DNA of 64,000 nt, from contig NIVC01003059.1 in the NCBI GenBank assembly GCA_002269645.1, positions 1 to 64,000 of the forward strand, given 5' to 3'. Origin of the DNA: Macrostomum lignano (lineage: Eukaryota). Position 1 is the first letter of the stretch. The number at the start of each line of letters is the position of its first letter. The notes beneath the pieces are model-generated. The model was not told the origin of the DNA and did no database searches. It was given only the letters and a program-made list of their open reading frames with translations. Made by a program: the position numbers and the translations under genes. Positions 22,814 to 36,500 of the stretch are shown one piece after another.

Positions 22814-23651
22814 TAACAAAGCTAAAGACAACATCAATTAATTATAGTTGGTTGATTGTAATTCTGGATTTAGCGTGTCCTACTAATTATTTTAAACTAA
22901 ATATTCTATTTACCCGCAAGTTGTAAATTAGTTGTTGCACCATTATAGCATAGCATGATATAGCGCGCATATGCATCGCGGTGTACAGAGGCTATACTAG
23001 GCTATACTAGATCTCTTCGAGTTGCAATAATCAAATGTAATTTCTTAGATCGCTCTATGCGTGCGGATGTGCATATGTACATGTACAACTTTGTTGATGG
23101 CGCCAACAATGAATTATACTCAGCAACATTGAAAAGTCGCCATCACAGAAGATTCCGTCTGTGGTCGCCACTTTTGAGAGAGTGCAGGTAAAGTCTCTCT
23201 CAATATTTGCGAGCGACGCAACTCAGCTACGCCACGGCAGACTTGAGTTGAGGAATGGAGTGGGGGAGCGGTGTGCGAGGTTTGGACGGATCAAAGCTAC
23301 CCCGATCAGTTTTTCTGGCATCTTTTATTTCAGAATAGTCCAAGACAAATTGATCACTGGCGCATAGAGTGGCGACTTTTCAATGTTGCTGAGTATACAG
23401 AGTCAAGCTGGACTGTACGCGTTACTGTTTGCGTTGAGCTAGTTAGGTTGACTTTGACTTGACTGCAAATCACCACTATAGTTCACTATATACTACGAGC
23501 GCGGTAAATCCGTCCGCATTACTAATTATATATTACAATAATTAGAGTATAGACGAGAGGCGGCCCACACAATTGATCCGTACCGTATGGTCCGTATATA
23601 CATGTAGCTGCAGGTTCAGGTTAATTATGAGCTCAGCTCCTATCAGCCAGT

Positions 23652-23770
23652 GGCAACGGCCATACCACGTTGAAAACACCGGTTCTCGTCTGATCACCGA
23701 AGTTAAGCAACGTTGGGTTTGGTTAGTACTTGGATGGGTGACCGCCTGGGAATACCAAATGCTGTTGTCT
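23652..23770 (+). rRNA. 5S rRNA
   Basis: Array copy. Confidence 0.98.
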
Positions 23771-24346
23771 TTTTTGCCTCTTTAACTGCATGCCGCGCGC
23801 TCATCAACTAACTCCAGCTGCTGCATGCATTAATACTTAGGCCCAGGCCCACTAATCCGCCCGCGCCCGCCAACTGGATTGGATGCTGCTTGAATTTTTA
23901 CCATACGGGCATACGGCATAGGTGTCTGCTGATTCCTTCCTTTCGAGTTCCACTCCACTCTATCAAGTCAAGGGATTCGATTCGCGTTTCATATTTTGTA
24001 TGCGCACTTTGCATTTGCACGCGGTAACGCTAATGCACTTATGCACTGTGTATTAATAGTTTTACGAGTATCTCCATTTCTCACATGGGAATTTTACTTG
24101 ATTTATAGCCATCAATCAATCAACTAGGAGGCGCGTTTGTGTGCACACTTTCTAAACATGTCGGCTAAAAGAAAGAAAGAAACTTTTTCGCGCAGCTCTT
24201 TTCAAGCTCTAGTGCAAAATAATGCTGCACTAGTCGGCAAAACTTACTTGGAGTAGATAAAGTTCAACAAAATAATTTGCCCTAGGGCTCGAGGCTCAAA
24301 CGGAGAGCTGTGCACTCAGTGAGAGCCGGTTCCAGCTCGTCTCTTT

Positions 24347-24460
24347 GCCGTATCGACGGTCTCTTACTGCGAAGACTCTTAATTTTGCATGGTAAGACAC
24401 CGCGTGGATCCAATTGAGCGATCTACTCAATTTTTGACAAGCCGCGCTACCGCGGCTGCC
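24347..24460 (+). ncRNA. SL RNA gene
   Basis: Array copy. Confidence 0.9.
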
Positions 24461-25298
24461 TAACAAAGCTAAAGACAACATCAATTAATTATAGTTGGTT
24501 GATTGTAATTCTGGATTTAGCGTGTCCTACTAATTATTTTAAACTAAATATTCTATTTACCCGCAAGTTGTAAATTAGTTGTTGCACCATTATAGCATAG
24601 CATGATATAGCGCGCATATGCATCGCGGTGTACAGAGGCTATACTAGGCTATACTAGATCTCTTCGAGTTGCAATAATCAAATGTAATTTCTTAGATCGC
24701 TCTATGCGTGCGGATGTGCATATGTACATGTACAACTTTGTTGATGGCGCCAACAATGAATTATACTCAGCAACATTGAAAAGTCGCCATCACAGAAGAT
24801 TCCGTCTGTGGTCGCCACTTTTGAGAGAGTGCAGGTAAAGTCTCTCTCAATATTTGCGAGCGACGCAACTCAGCTACGCCACGGCAGACTTGAGTTGAGG
24901 AATGGAGTGGGGGAGCGGTGTGCGAGGTTTGGACGGATCAAAGCTACCCCGATCAGTTTTTCTGGCATCTTTTATTTCAGAATAGTCCAAGACAAATTGA
25001 TCACTGGCGCATAGAGTGGCGACTTTTCAATGTTGCTGAGTATACAGAGTCAAGCTGGACTGTACGCGTTACTGTTTGCGTTGAGCTAGTTAGGTTGACT
25101 TTGACTTGACTGCAAATCACCACTATAGTTCACTATATACTACGAGCGCGGTAAATCCGTCCGCATTACTAATTATATATTACAATAATTAGAGTATAGA
25201 CGAGAGGCGGCCCACACAATTGATCCGTACCGTATGGTCCGTATATACATGTAGCTGCAGGTTCAGGTTAATTATGAGCTCAGCTCCTATCAGCCAGT

Positions 25299-25417
25299 GG
25301 CAACGGCCATACCACGTTGAAAACACCGGTTCTCGTCTGATCACCGAAGTTAAGCAACGTTGGGTTTGGTTAGTACTTGGATGGGTGACCGCCTGGGAAT
25401 ACCAAATGCTGTTGTCT
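25299..25417 (+). rRNA. 5S rRNA
   Basis: Array copy. Confidence 0.98.
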
Positions 25418-25992
25418 TTTTTGCCTCTTTAACTGCATGCCGCGCGCTCATCAACTAACTCCAGCTGCTGCATGCATTAATACTTAGGCCCAGGCCCACT
25501 AATCCGCCCGCGCCCGCCAACTGGATTGGATGCTGCTTGAATTTTTACCATACGGGCATACGGCATAGGTGTCTGCTGATTCCTTCCTTTCGAGTTCCAC
25601 TCCACTCTATAAGTCAAGGGATTCGATTCGCGTTTCATATTTTGTATGCGCACTTTGCATTTGCACGCGGTAACGCTAATGCACTTATGCACTGTGTATT
25701 AATAGTTTTACGAGTATCTCCATTTCTCACATGGGAATTTTACTTGATTTATAGCCATCAATCAATCAACTAGGAGGCGCGTTTGTGTGCACACTTTCTA
25801 AACATGTCGGCTAAAAGAAAGAAAGAAACTTTTTCGCGCAGCTCTTTTCAAGCTCTAGTGCAAAATAATGCTGCACTAGTCGGCAAAACTTACTTGGAGT
25901 AGATAAAGTTCAACAAAATAATTTGCCCTAGGGCTCGAGGCTCAAACGGAGAGCTGTGCACTCAGTGAGAGCCGGTTCCAGCTCGTCTCTTT

Positions 25993-26106
25993 GCCGTATC
26001 GACGGTCTCTTACTGCGAAGACTCTTAATTTTGCATGGTAAGACACCGCGTGGATCCAATTGAGCGATCTACTCAATTTTTGACAAGCCGCGCTACCGCG
26101 GCTGCC
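25993..26106 (+). ncRNA. SL RNA gene
   Basis: Array copy. Confidence 0.9.
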
Positions 26107-26944
26107 TAACAAAGCTAAAGACAACATCAATTAATTATAGTTGGTTGATTGTAATTCTGGATTTAGCGTGTCCTACTAATTATTTTAAACTAAATATTCT
26201 ATTTACCCGCAAGTTGTAAATTAGTTGTTGCACCATTATAGCATAGCATGATATAGCGCGCATATGCATCGCGGTGTACAGAGGCTATACTAGGCTATAC
26301 TAGATCTCTTCGAGTTGCAATAATCAAATGTAATTTCTTAGATCGCTCTATGCGTGCGGATGTGCATATGTACATGTACAACTTTGTTGATGGCGCCAAC
26401 AATGAATTATACTCAGCAACATTGAAAAGTCGCCATCACAGAAGATTCCGTCTGTGGTCGCCACTTTTGAGAGAGTGCAGGTAAAGTCTCTCTCAATATT
26501 TGCGAGCGACGCAACTCAGCTACGCCACGGCAGACTTGAGTTGAGGAATGGAGTGGGGGAGCGGTGTGCGAGGTTTGGACGGATCAAAGCTACCCCGATC
26601 AGTTTTTCTGGCATCTTTTATTTCAGAATAGTCCAAGACAAATTGATCACTGGCGCATAGAGTGGCGACTTTTCAATGTTGCTGAGTATACAGAGTCAAG
26701 CTGGACTGTACGCGTTACTGTTTGCGTTGAGCTAGTTAGGTTGACTTTGACTTGACTGCAAATCACCACTATAGTTCACTATATACTACGAGCGCGGTAA
26801 ATCCGTCCGCATTACTAATTATATATTACAATAATTAGAGTATAGACGAGAGGCGGCCCACACAATTGATCCGTACCGTATGGTCCGTATATACATGTAG
26901 CTGCAGGTTCAGGTTAATTATGAGCTCAGCTCCTATCAGCCAGT

Positions 26945-27063
26945 GGCAACGGCCATACCACGTTGAAAACACCGGTTCTCGTCTGATCACCGAAGTTAAG
27001 CAACGTTGGGTTTGGTTAGTACTTGGATGGGTGACCGCCTGGGAATACCAAATGCTGTTGTCT
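26945..27063 (+). rRNA. 5S rRNA
   Basis: Array copy. Confidence 0.98.
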
Positions 27064-27639
27064 TTTTTGCCTCTTTAACTGCATGCCGCGCGCTCATCAA
27101 CTAACTCCAGCTGCTGCATGCATTAATACTTAGGCCCAGGCCCACTAATCCGCCCGCGCCCGCCAACTGGATTGGATGCTGCTTGAATTTTTACCATACG
27201 GGCATACGGCATAGGTGTCTGCTGATTCCTTCCTTTCGAGTTCCACTCCACTCTATCAAGTCAAGGGATTCGATTCGCGTTTCATATTTTGTATGCGCAC
27301 TTTGCATTTGCACGCGGTAACGCTAATGCACTTATGCACTGTGTATTAATAGTTTTACGAGTATCTCCATTTCTCACATGGGAATTTTACTTGATTTATA
27401 GCCATCAATCAATCAACTAGGAGGCGCGTTTGTGTGCACACTTTCTAAACATGTCGGCTAAAAGAAAGAAAGAAACTTTTTCGCGCAGCTCTTTTCAAGC
27501 TCTAGTGCAAAATAATGCTGCACTAGTCGGCAAAACTTACTTGGAGTAGATAAAGTTCAACAAAATAATTTGCCCTAGGGCTCGAGGCTCAAACGGAGAG
27601 CTGTGCACTCAGTGAGAGCCGGTTCCAGCTCGTCTCTTT

Positions 27640-27753
27640 GCCGTATCGACGGTCTCTTACTGCGAAGACTCTTAATTTTGCATGGTAAGACACCGCGTGG
27701 ATCCAATTGAGCGATCTACTCAATTTTTGACAAGCCGCGCTACCGCGGCTGCC
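27640..27753 (+). ncRNA. SL RNA gene
   Basis: Array copy. Confidence 0.9.
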
Positions 27754-28591
27754 TAACAAAGCTAAAGACAACATCAATTAATTATAGTTGGTTGATTGTA
27801 ATTCTGGATTTAGCGTGTCCTACTAATTATTTTAAACTAAATATTCTATTTACCCGCAAGTTGTAAATTAGTTGTTGCACCATTATAGCATAGCATGATA
27901 TAGCGCGCATATGCATCGCGGTGTACAGAGGCTATACTAGGCTATACTAGATCTCTTCGAGTTGCAATAATCAAATGTAATTTCTTAGATCGCTCTATGC
28001 GTGCGGATGTGCATATGTACATGTACAACTTTGTTGATGGCGCCAACAATGAATTATACTCAGCAACATTGAAAAGTCGCCATCACAGAAGATTCCGTCT
28101 GTGGTCGCCACTTTTGAGAGAGTGCAGGTAAAGTCTCTCTCAATATTTGCGAGCGACGCAACTCAGCTACGCCACGGCAGACTTGAGTTGAGGAATGGAG
28201 TGGGGGAGCGGTGTGCGAGGTTTGGACGGATCAAAGCTACCCCGATCAGTTTTTCTGGCATCTTTTATTTCAGAATAGTCCAAGACAAATTGATCACTGG
28301 CGCATAGAGTGGCGACTTTTCAATGTTGCTGAGTATACAGAGTCAAGCTGGACTGTACGCGTTACTGTTTGCGTTGAGCTAGTTAGGTTGACTTTGACTT
28401 GACTGCAAATCACCACTATAGTTCACTATATACTACGAGCGCGGTAAATCCGTCCGCATTACTAATTATATATTACAATAATTAGAGTATAGACGAGAGG
28501 CGGCCCACACAATTGATCCGTACCGTATGGTCCGTATATACATGTAGCTGCAGGTTCAGGTTAATTATGAGCTCAGCTCCTATCAGCCAGT

Positions 28592-28710
28592 GGCAACGGC
28601 CATACCACGTTGAAAACACCGGTTCTCGTCTGATCACCGAAGTTAAGCAACGTTGGGTTTGGTTAGTACTTGGATGGGTGACCGCCTGGGAATACCAAAT
28701 GCTGTTGTCT
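28592..28710 (+). rRNA. 5S rRNA
   Basis: Array copy. Confidence 0.98.
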
Positions 28711-29285
28711 TTTTTGCCTCTTTAACTGCATGCCGCGCGCTCATCAACTAACTCCAGCTGCTGCATGCATTAATACTTAGGCCCAGGCCCACTAATCCGC
28801 CCGCGCCCGCCAACTGGATTGGATGCTGCTTGAATTTTTACCATACGGGCATACGGCATAGGTGTCTGCTGATTCCTTCCTTTCGAGTTCCACTCCACTC
28901 TATAAGTCAAGGGATTCGATTCGCGTTTCATATTTTGTATGCGCACTTTGCATTTGCACGCGGTAACGCTAATGCACTTATGCACTGTGTATTAATAGTT
29001 TTACGAGTATCTCCATTTCTCACATGGGAATTTTACTTGATTTATAGCCATCAATCAATCAACTAGGAGGCGCGTTTGTGTGCACACTTTCTAAACATGT
29101 CGGCTAAAAGAAAGAAAGAAACTTTTTCGCGCAGCTCTTTTCAAGCTCTAGTGCAAAATAATGCTGCACTAGTCGGCAAAACTTACTTGGAGTAGATAAA
29201 GTTCAACAAAATAATTTGCCCTAGGGCTCGAGGCTCAAACGGAGAGCTGTGCACTCAGTGAGAGCCGGTTCCAGCTCGTCTCTTT

Positions 29286-29399
29286 GCCGTATCGACGGTC
29301 TCTTACTGCGAAGACTCTTAATTTTGCATGGTAAGACACCGCGTGGATCCAATTGAGCGATCTACTCAATTTTTGACAAGCCGCGCTACCGCGGCTGCC
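29286..29399 (+). ncRNA. SL RNA gene
   Basis: Array copy. Confidence 0.9.
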
Positions 29400-30237
29400 T
29401 AACAAAGCTAAAGACAACATCAATTAATTATAGTTGGTTGATTGTAATTCTGGATTTAGCGTGTCCTACTAATTATTTTAAACTAAATATTCTATTTACC
29501 CGCAAGTTGTAAATTAGTTGTTGCACCATTATAGCATAGCATGATATAGCGCGCATATGCATCGCGGTGTACAGAGGCTATACTAGGCTATACTAGATCT
29601 CTTCGAGTTGCAATAATCAAATGTAATTTCTTAGATCGCTCTATGCGTGCGGATGTGCATATGTACATGTACAACTTTGTTGATGGCGCCAACAATGAAT
29701 TATACTCAGCAACATTGAAAAGTCGCCATCACAGAAGATTCCGTCTGTGGTCGCCACTTTTGAGAGAGTGCAGGTAAAGTCTCTCTCAATATTTGCGAGC
29801 GACGCAACTCAGCTACGCCACGGCAGACTTGAGTTGAGGAATGGAGTGGGGGAGCGGTGTGCGAGGTTTGGACGGATCAAAGCTACCCCGATCAGTTTTT
29901 CTGGCATCTTTTATTTCAGAATAGTCCAAGACAAATTGATCACTGGCGCATAGAGTGGCGACTTTTCAATGTTGCTGAGTATACAGAGTCAAGCTGGACT
30001 GTACGCGTTACTGTTTGCGTTGAGCTAGTTAGGTTGACTTTGACTTGACTGCAAATCACCACTATAGTTCACTATATACTACGAGCGCGGTAAATCCGTC
30101 CGCATTACTAATTATATATTACAATAATTAGAGTATAGACGAGAGGCGGCCCACACAATTGATCCGTACCGTATGGTCCGTATATACATGTAGCTGCAGG
30201 TTCAGGTTAATTATGAGCTCAGCTCCTATCAGCCAGT

Positions 30238-30347
30238 GGCAACGGCCATACCACGTTGAAAACACCGGTTCTCGTCTGATCACCGAAGTTAAGCAACGTT
30301 GGGTTTGGTTAGTACTTGGATGGGTGACCGCCTGGGAATACCAAATG
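30238..30347 (+). pseudogene. 5S rRNA pseudogene lacking its 3' end and terminator
   Basis: Reads ...TACCAAATG|AACTGC. The 22-bp CTGTTGTCTTTTTTGCCTCTTT is deleted, and a 9-bp duplication follows. Confidence 0.92.
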
Positions 30348-30531
30348 AACTGCATGCCGCGCATGCCGCGCGCTCATCAACTAACTCCAGCTGCTGCATG
30401 CATTAATACTTAGGCCCAGGCCCACTAATCCGCCCGCGCCCGCCAACTGGATTGGATGCTGCTTGAATTTTTACCATACGGGCATACGGCATAGGTGTCT
30501 GCTGATTCCTTCCTTTCGAGTTCCACTCCAC

Positions 30532-33500
30532 CCATGGTGCAGAAGGATTTCTGTGTACGACGGAAGGCAAATTTCAGTTTTAGCCTGCTGTACGACAGTA
30601 CGACACAAGTGAACTAAGTAATTTTTTTTTGTACGACAAACTACAATGCAGAAACCCACATACTCCCGACCCAGACAAAGAGTAATAATAAGTTGTAAGT
30701 GGTAATAACAAGTTTACAAGTAATTGAAGTAATATTAATTATGAATGATTCAATTAAATGAATTTATCAATTGGCATTATTGTCGCCGTCTTTGGGCTTC
30801 TGCTTCCGACGGCCGATGAATGGCACACGGGAAACAGCTGCTGCGCGCCTCTGCAGCACCTTGCCGATGGCGTCCTTAGTTTTGGCAGCAAAAAACGGAC
30901 TCCAATGTGGACGAATCCCACGGCTTTTGTCGCCTTTAAAAAAAAGTTTCGCAGAGTCGTCGAGAAATTCTTCGCATGCATCGCCGCCCATGGGTGGTAG
31001 CAACCAAGCTAACTTAGCGCGAAGCTGAAGGGTGTCGTTGGTTTGGCCTCCCTGTTGCTGTTGCGACCGCATAGTCGAGTAGAAGCTCTCGACAATCGCT
31101 TCTGGAAGAAAAAGGCGGAAAAATATGTAGATGAAATTCTGATCAAATCTGACTGACTTGCCCAAGGTGACATTAGTTAATTTGTAGATAGCAACTGGAA
31201 TTTGCAACTCACCAGTGCCACCTCGGTGTAGTGCAAAATCAAGTAGTGCACATGTTGCAGGGCCGGCTCGCTGGAAAACGTCTGGGTCGGCATAGAAAGA
31301 CGCATAAACTGCTGCTTCGTCCACCACAACAGATGAAAATTCACCACCTGCTGTCGAACCCGATAGATGCAGCAATAACTGACGTGCCAAAGTGGGTGCT
31401 GCTACTTTTAAATCCGTCAGTGGCCCGTTGATGGAAGGCACCAGCCAGCTACTGCGGCCTTCACCCGTGAAAATGACGTGGCGTATAGTGTCCACAAAGT
31501 TCGCAGCATACCTAAGTTTAGTGGACAAAAAATAAAATTAAATACAATTCGATTTCGTTACATTTTTCTGTAGCAAAGTGGTCTTGAAATATGTGATTTC
31601 CAGCCTCACACTAGTTATAGTACCAGTGCATTTATAGTTTTGATTGTGAAGGAGCTCACCTTCGGGCCATGGGAACTTTCAGATGAGCCAGGTGCTTATG
31701 CTTGACTGCCTCGGTCACAAGCCGCTTAAAGGCGGGAGCGCACTGGTCTGCAAACTCTTCTGCTGCAACTTCAGGGTCCCTGCATGCAATGGCACGGATG
31801 ATGGCAGCTGCATCGAAGGAGGCACAATCAGAGGTGCTCGGGTCGCAGCAGCGTTGAATGCGAGCAACGAAGCTGCGGTGAAGTGCCCCGGCAAGCTTCT
31901 GTGTATCACGTGCAATGTCCTGAGGAAGGAGGAAGAAGGATGGAGCTGAATAATGAAGCACAAAGGAGAATATGGTAACTTTGGCAGAGTACATAATATA
32001 ATGATTGCACAAGCTTACCTCCATGTCTCGAGCGCGCCACTGATCCTGGTCAGAGGCAGAGCCAGCAACCGGCTTTTTTACTTTGAGCCAGCCGTCCAGC
32101 AGAGTCACGCCATCAAATGTGCCACCAACGTGCAGATTGTCGATGTGCTCATGCAGCGTGGGGTAGTCCTCACTACGAAACTGCTCTGCATGGACATGGA
32201 GGAACTCAGCTACCAATGGCCATAAGGTAGACACTTTCCAGTGGGGCAGCTGAAGATTCTGCGCAATCTCCATAAGAGCTCTGTGCAAGTGTTATGTGTT
32301 TGGAGTAAGTAGGTAATCAAAAAGTTGATCCCATAGTAATTTTACTACCCACAAGGCATATAAATCAACTTACTTGATTGGCGCAAAGAGATCCAGGTAG
32401 CCCAACAAGTCGCACACAAAATCAAATCCGAACATTATGTACGGCTGTGGGTCGTTATCTCTGACTCGTGGTTTCTCGGCTCGAAATGCGGCATGCAGAT
32501 CGCCGTAGCAGCGAAAGATGGTCTGCCATTGGTTCATGGCTGAACTGGTAAAGCGCTGCGAGGCAAATGATGAAATTGCTCCGGCATGGTCCTCGGAAGC
32601 AATCTGTTTTTTTACAAACAAAGAATTTGGAGTAGTTTTATAGCAAACGTATATCTAAAACCCTCGGTAAACTATTCAGTTAGACATTCAGGTTGCATAC
32701 TTACTTCCAAAGCCGAACGGCCACGCCCGTGGCCAAAAAGATGCGGAAACAGGTTTGCCCTGTCAATAAAATCCTGCAACGCCTCTCCGTCGTCACTATC
32801 GCGCACGTTAGTCACGGCCAGGTTTATAAAGTGGGCCGGGTCCCAGTTAATTGGGATCTCATAGTCGGCTCCGGCCTCCTTCAGCTTCTCAAATATTGCC
32901 GTTTTAAAAGGCGCAGTTTGATATTGCCCGTCGGCAATGACGCCCACAAGACGATCAATGGGCAAATCAAAGTTCGCCAGACCTTGAAAAAGCCGCTGCA
33001 CCAGAACGGGGCCGCTGCCGTCCATCTCTTTGGAATAAACGGCCGGGGCGCCACCTGGGATAGCAACGGCGTCACCAGTCTCGCACCTGTTAGGGGTTAT
33101 CCGTTTTAAGGAGGTAGTAAAAGTAATATTTAAGTGGCGGATACTCCTAATGTACATTACTTTTCCTTCTTCCTCCCTACTTACCTGGCCAACACCATAA
33201 CAGCTTGGTTAGTGATGCGACCTGGTGTGCTTTTGTCGCAAGCAATGGCGTAGCAGGGAGGACATCCGGTGGACGGCAGTGGGGTCTGCAGGAACTCAGC
33301 CGTATACTTGTCAGCGGTGACCTCAAACAACGACCACAACTCCTTGTTAAACTCCCTAGTTGGATGCATAGTGGGTGGTAAATTAACAAATAGCGTACAA
33401 AATAACCATAGCTTAGCTAATGGCATACAGATACAAACCACATAATATGGTACATACCGGCCGTGGCCCCGCTGGCCAACTTCAGCGTCCGACCGATAAA

Positions 33501-36500
33501 GCATGCTCACGAACGTCTCATAGTGCTTACTAGCTGACGCTGATTCGATATTGGCAACAGAGCAACGCAAAAGGCGCCGAACAGTTCCTGAGACGCGCTT
33601 CTCTTCAATCTTGCGGTCCGCATACTTCTTCATAGCTTTCACATGGCCGACAGCCTCGATACCAGAGAGATGTTTCACTATCCTATAACGAAGCCGGGAG
33701 AATGCCTCGCCACACGCAAGGATCTCAGTCATTTCCAGCTTTGTAATGAGCTGCCCTCGTGCAAGCGTGCCCATCGACTTGGGGTTTCTATAAGAAGTTA
33801 GAGAAATGAAAGTTTATAATAAATAAATGGAAAAGGCCAACTGGATTGTCTTATTGCCTGTTAGATAAAAGTACATACAATGGACTTACAAAGTGCTGTG
33901 CCTCTCCGCAACAGTCAACTTTGGCGAGAAGGCCGTGCCTTCCATTAAAACGTTGTAGCACGGGACACAGTATAAAATTGTGTCCTCACCGCAAGGTGCT
34001 GTGGCGAGCATCTCGTTCTCCAGGAGCTCGGCCATGTTGCTAGCCACAATTGGCGGCACTTTTGGTAAGTTTTGTCCCCGAGAGTTTGAGCTGGAGGTAG
34101 CCTGTGACAGCGCCAAGTCCCGAACAACATTTAGTATAATCGGAAGTAGGGCAAGTTGTCGGGCTGCCTCCGCCATTTTAATTTCCAGCCCAGTGACAAT
34201 TGCCAAAAGATCCCGACCTGACGTGCTTGATGATGCTGTAGATGCAGCCTCAGCAGGACTGGGAAGGATAGGTGAAGCATCAGCAAGCTGCCTAACAAAT
34301 GAGCTGGATCTTTGGTCAACGGCGGATGATTCCAGTACTTCAATGTTTACTACCAGATTTGTCTTTGGTCCCTCAGACTGCTGCTGCTCTGCCTCAGGCT
34401 CAGTGGTCATTGGAACTTCAGGACGTTCAGGTGACTCTTCATCACTGGCACTTTCAACCTCCAGCACCTCATGGCTGACCATGGCCTTTGTGATGCGTTT
34501 TTTTACCTGCTTCTCATTCTCATTGGCAGGCCTGGCAGCAATTAGGTCGCGAACATCAGCATGGTCAGGTCTGCAATATGTTAAAATCTTATTGGCTGGG
34601 TCTTCTTTGTGCCAGCGACTCCGATGAGTTTTTCTGCTACTACCATTGTTTCGATAAATGCGGCAGTTGGACAGTGGAAGCCCTCGCTGAAGGCAATCCA
34701 CACAGTAATGTGGGTCACACACAGTTCCGCGAGGCTTCTTAGTTGGTGGCTCTTCAGTTTGTGCAGATGAAGACGCTGCATGAGACAAACTCAGTGGACG
34801 CTTTGATTTTGCTTGTACTTGCACATTAGCCTGTTGCTGTTGGCGTTGCCGCTGTGCCTGTTGCATGATTGGCATATGGGCCCAAGCACACTCAGCAGCC
34901 TTCGCCTTCTCTACTACTGCCTCTGGCTCTGCCTGGTCAGCCTGGTCCTGGATACTAGCTTGCAAAGCTGCAGCTAGTGGTGTCTCTGTCTCAGACTGAT
35001 TTTCTTCAGAGCCAGAACTTGATGTGCTACTGCTACGAGACATTATAGAGATTAATTTTGGCACAATAAATCAAAAAGCAAATGCTGAATAGCTGAATTT
35101 AGCTGAAAGACAAGTTAATTTTTTTGGCAATCAGCATTTAATTTAGTATTATTAGTTATGACCAAATCTAATCAATAAGTAAGCATAAACCAAACTAGTT
35201 ATCAGTTGAATAAAAATATGGTTTTGTTTACAAAAATTAAATAAATAATTATAATTATACTTATAGAAATTTAGGAAATAAAGATTAGACATTTAGTAAT
35301 AGGATATAATTAATGCACATTTCAATATATTTTGTTTTTTTTATAAAATAATTTCATATACTATACTGTACCATTCTACAATCTAGCTCTACCAAATGTT
35401 CTACTCAACTCTACCAAATATAATCAATTGCATAATTTTATACAACTCAATTACTCAATCTAGTCAACTTACAATACAATACAATAGCAAAATTTGCTAT
35501 GAATTTAGAATTACTAAAAGACTAAAAGTAAAGGTAATAAGATAAATTTATACACTTGTCAATGTCAAGTCAACTTGGAAGTTGTATTTGCTAAAGTTGC
35601 TGCCAAGCACCTGAAGTTTTGTCTCAAATTAGTTGCAGACTTGCAGTAGGCCCTAATTTATATATATTCACTTCTTTTCTTTCATGAAACGAAGCAAAAC
35701 TTGGTGTCTCTTGGCTAGATGGCTATTAGCTACTTCTACTTGTTATTTCGTAAGAAATATTTGTTGGTTTCAAGCCAAGCAATAAGCCATAGCTGTCAAC
35801 TTAATTACTATGTCTTTACTCAATACTCAAGTACTCAACTGTCAACTTCAACTTGTCAAGTAAAGTCAAATTTGACAAATAAAAAATGCATTTAATTAAT
35901 TAATTACTAATTATTAAAAGAAAGTGATAAGATAATTTTATAAACTTGTCTAATGTCAACTCAATTACTGAAATTGTGAAATTACACAACTGACAACTTG
36001 AACTTTTAAAATAAAAACTTGCAACTAAGATTAAGAACAAGAAGTTAAGTTAAGAACTAGAATTAGAACAGAACACTAGAAGTTCTAGAACTAATTTATG
36101 AAGGTAAAAGTGATAAAATGTTTAAAAAATAAACTTGAAAGAATCACCAGATGTCCAGACAGACACAGACACGAGACACGAGTCAGTCAGTCAGACAGAC
36201 CAGTCAGTCAGTCACTAGTCACTTTCACTAACTCAAAGTCTCAAACAACAAACTGTCACAAGTGTCACTTGACAGTTGACCTTGTCATTTGTCAACAGTC
36301 AAAGTCAATGAGTCAACTGCAACAATGCAACATGCAACTCAACTCAACAGTCTCAACTTAATTAATTACTCAACTTGTTACTCGTACTAACTACTAATAA
36401 ATTTACTTGTCAAAGTTGAAAAATTACAAATTGCTAGTTTAAGTTTTGCAACAAATTAAGAAAACTTAAAAGTTACTTTTAGTTGTAGCTTGTAGTATAG

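Noticed and set aside
33858-33889. 32-nt intron using the nearer CTAACAG acceptor
   Set aside because: It gives an immediate in-frame stop. The acceptor at 33788 restores the frame.
30754-34781. Separate genes for the 253, 210, 197, 161, 83 and 392 aa ORFs and their + strand shadows
   Set aside because: They are exons of one spliced transposase, read through introns. The + strand ORFs are shadows.
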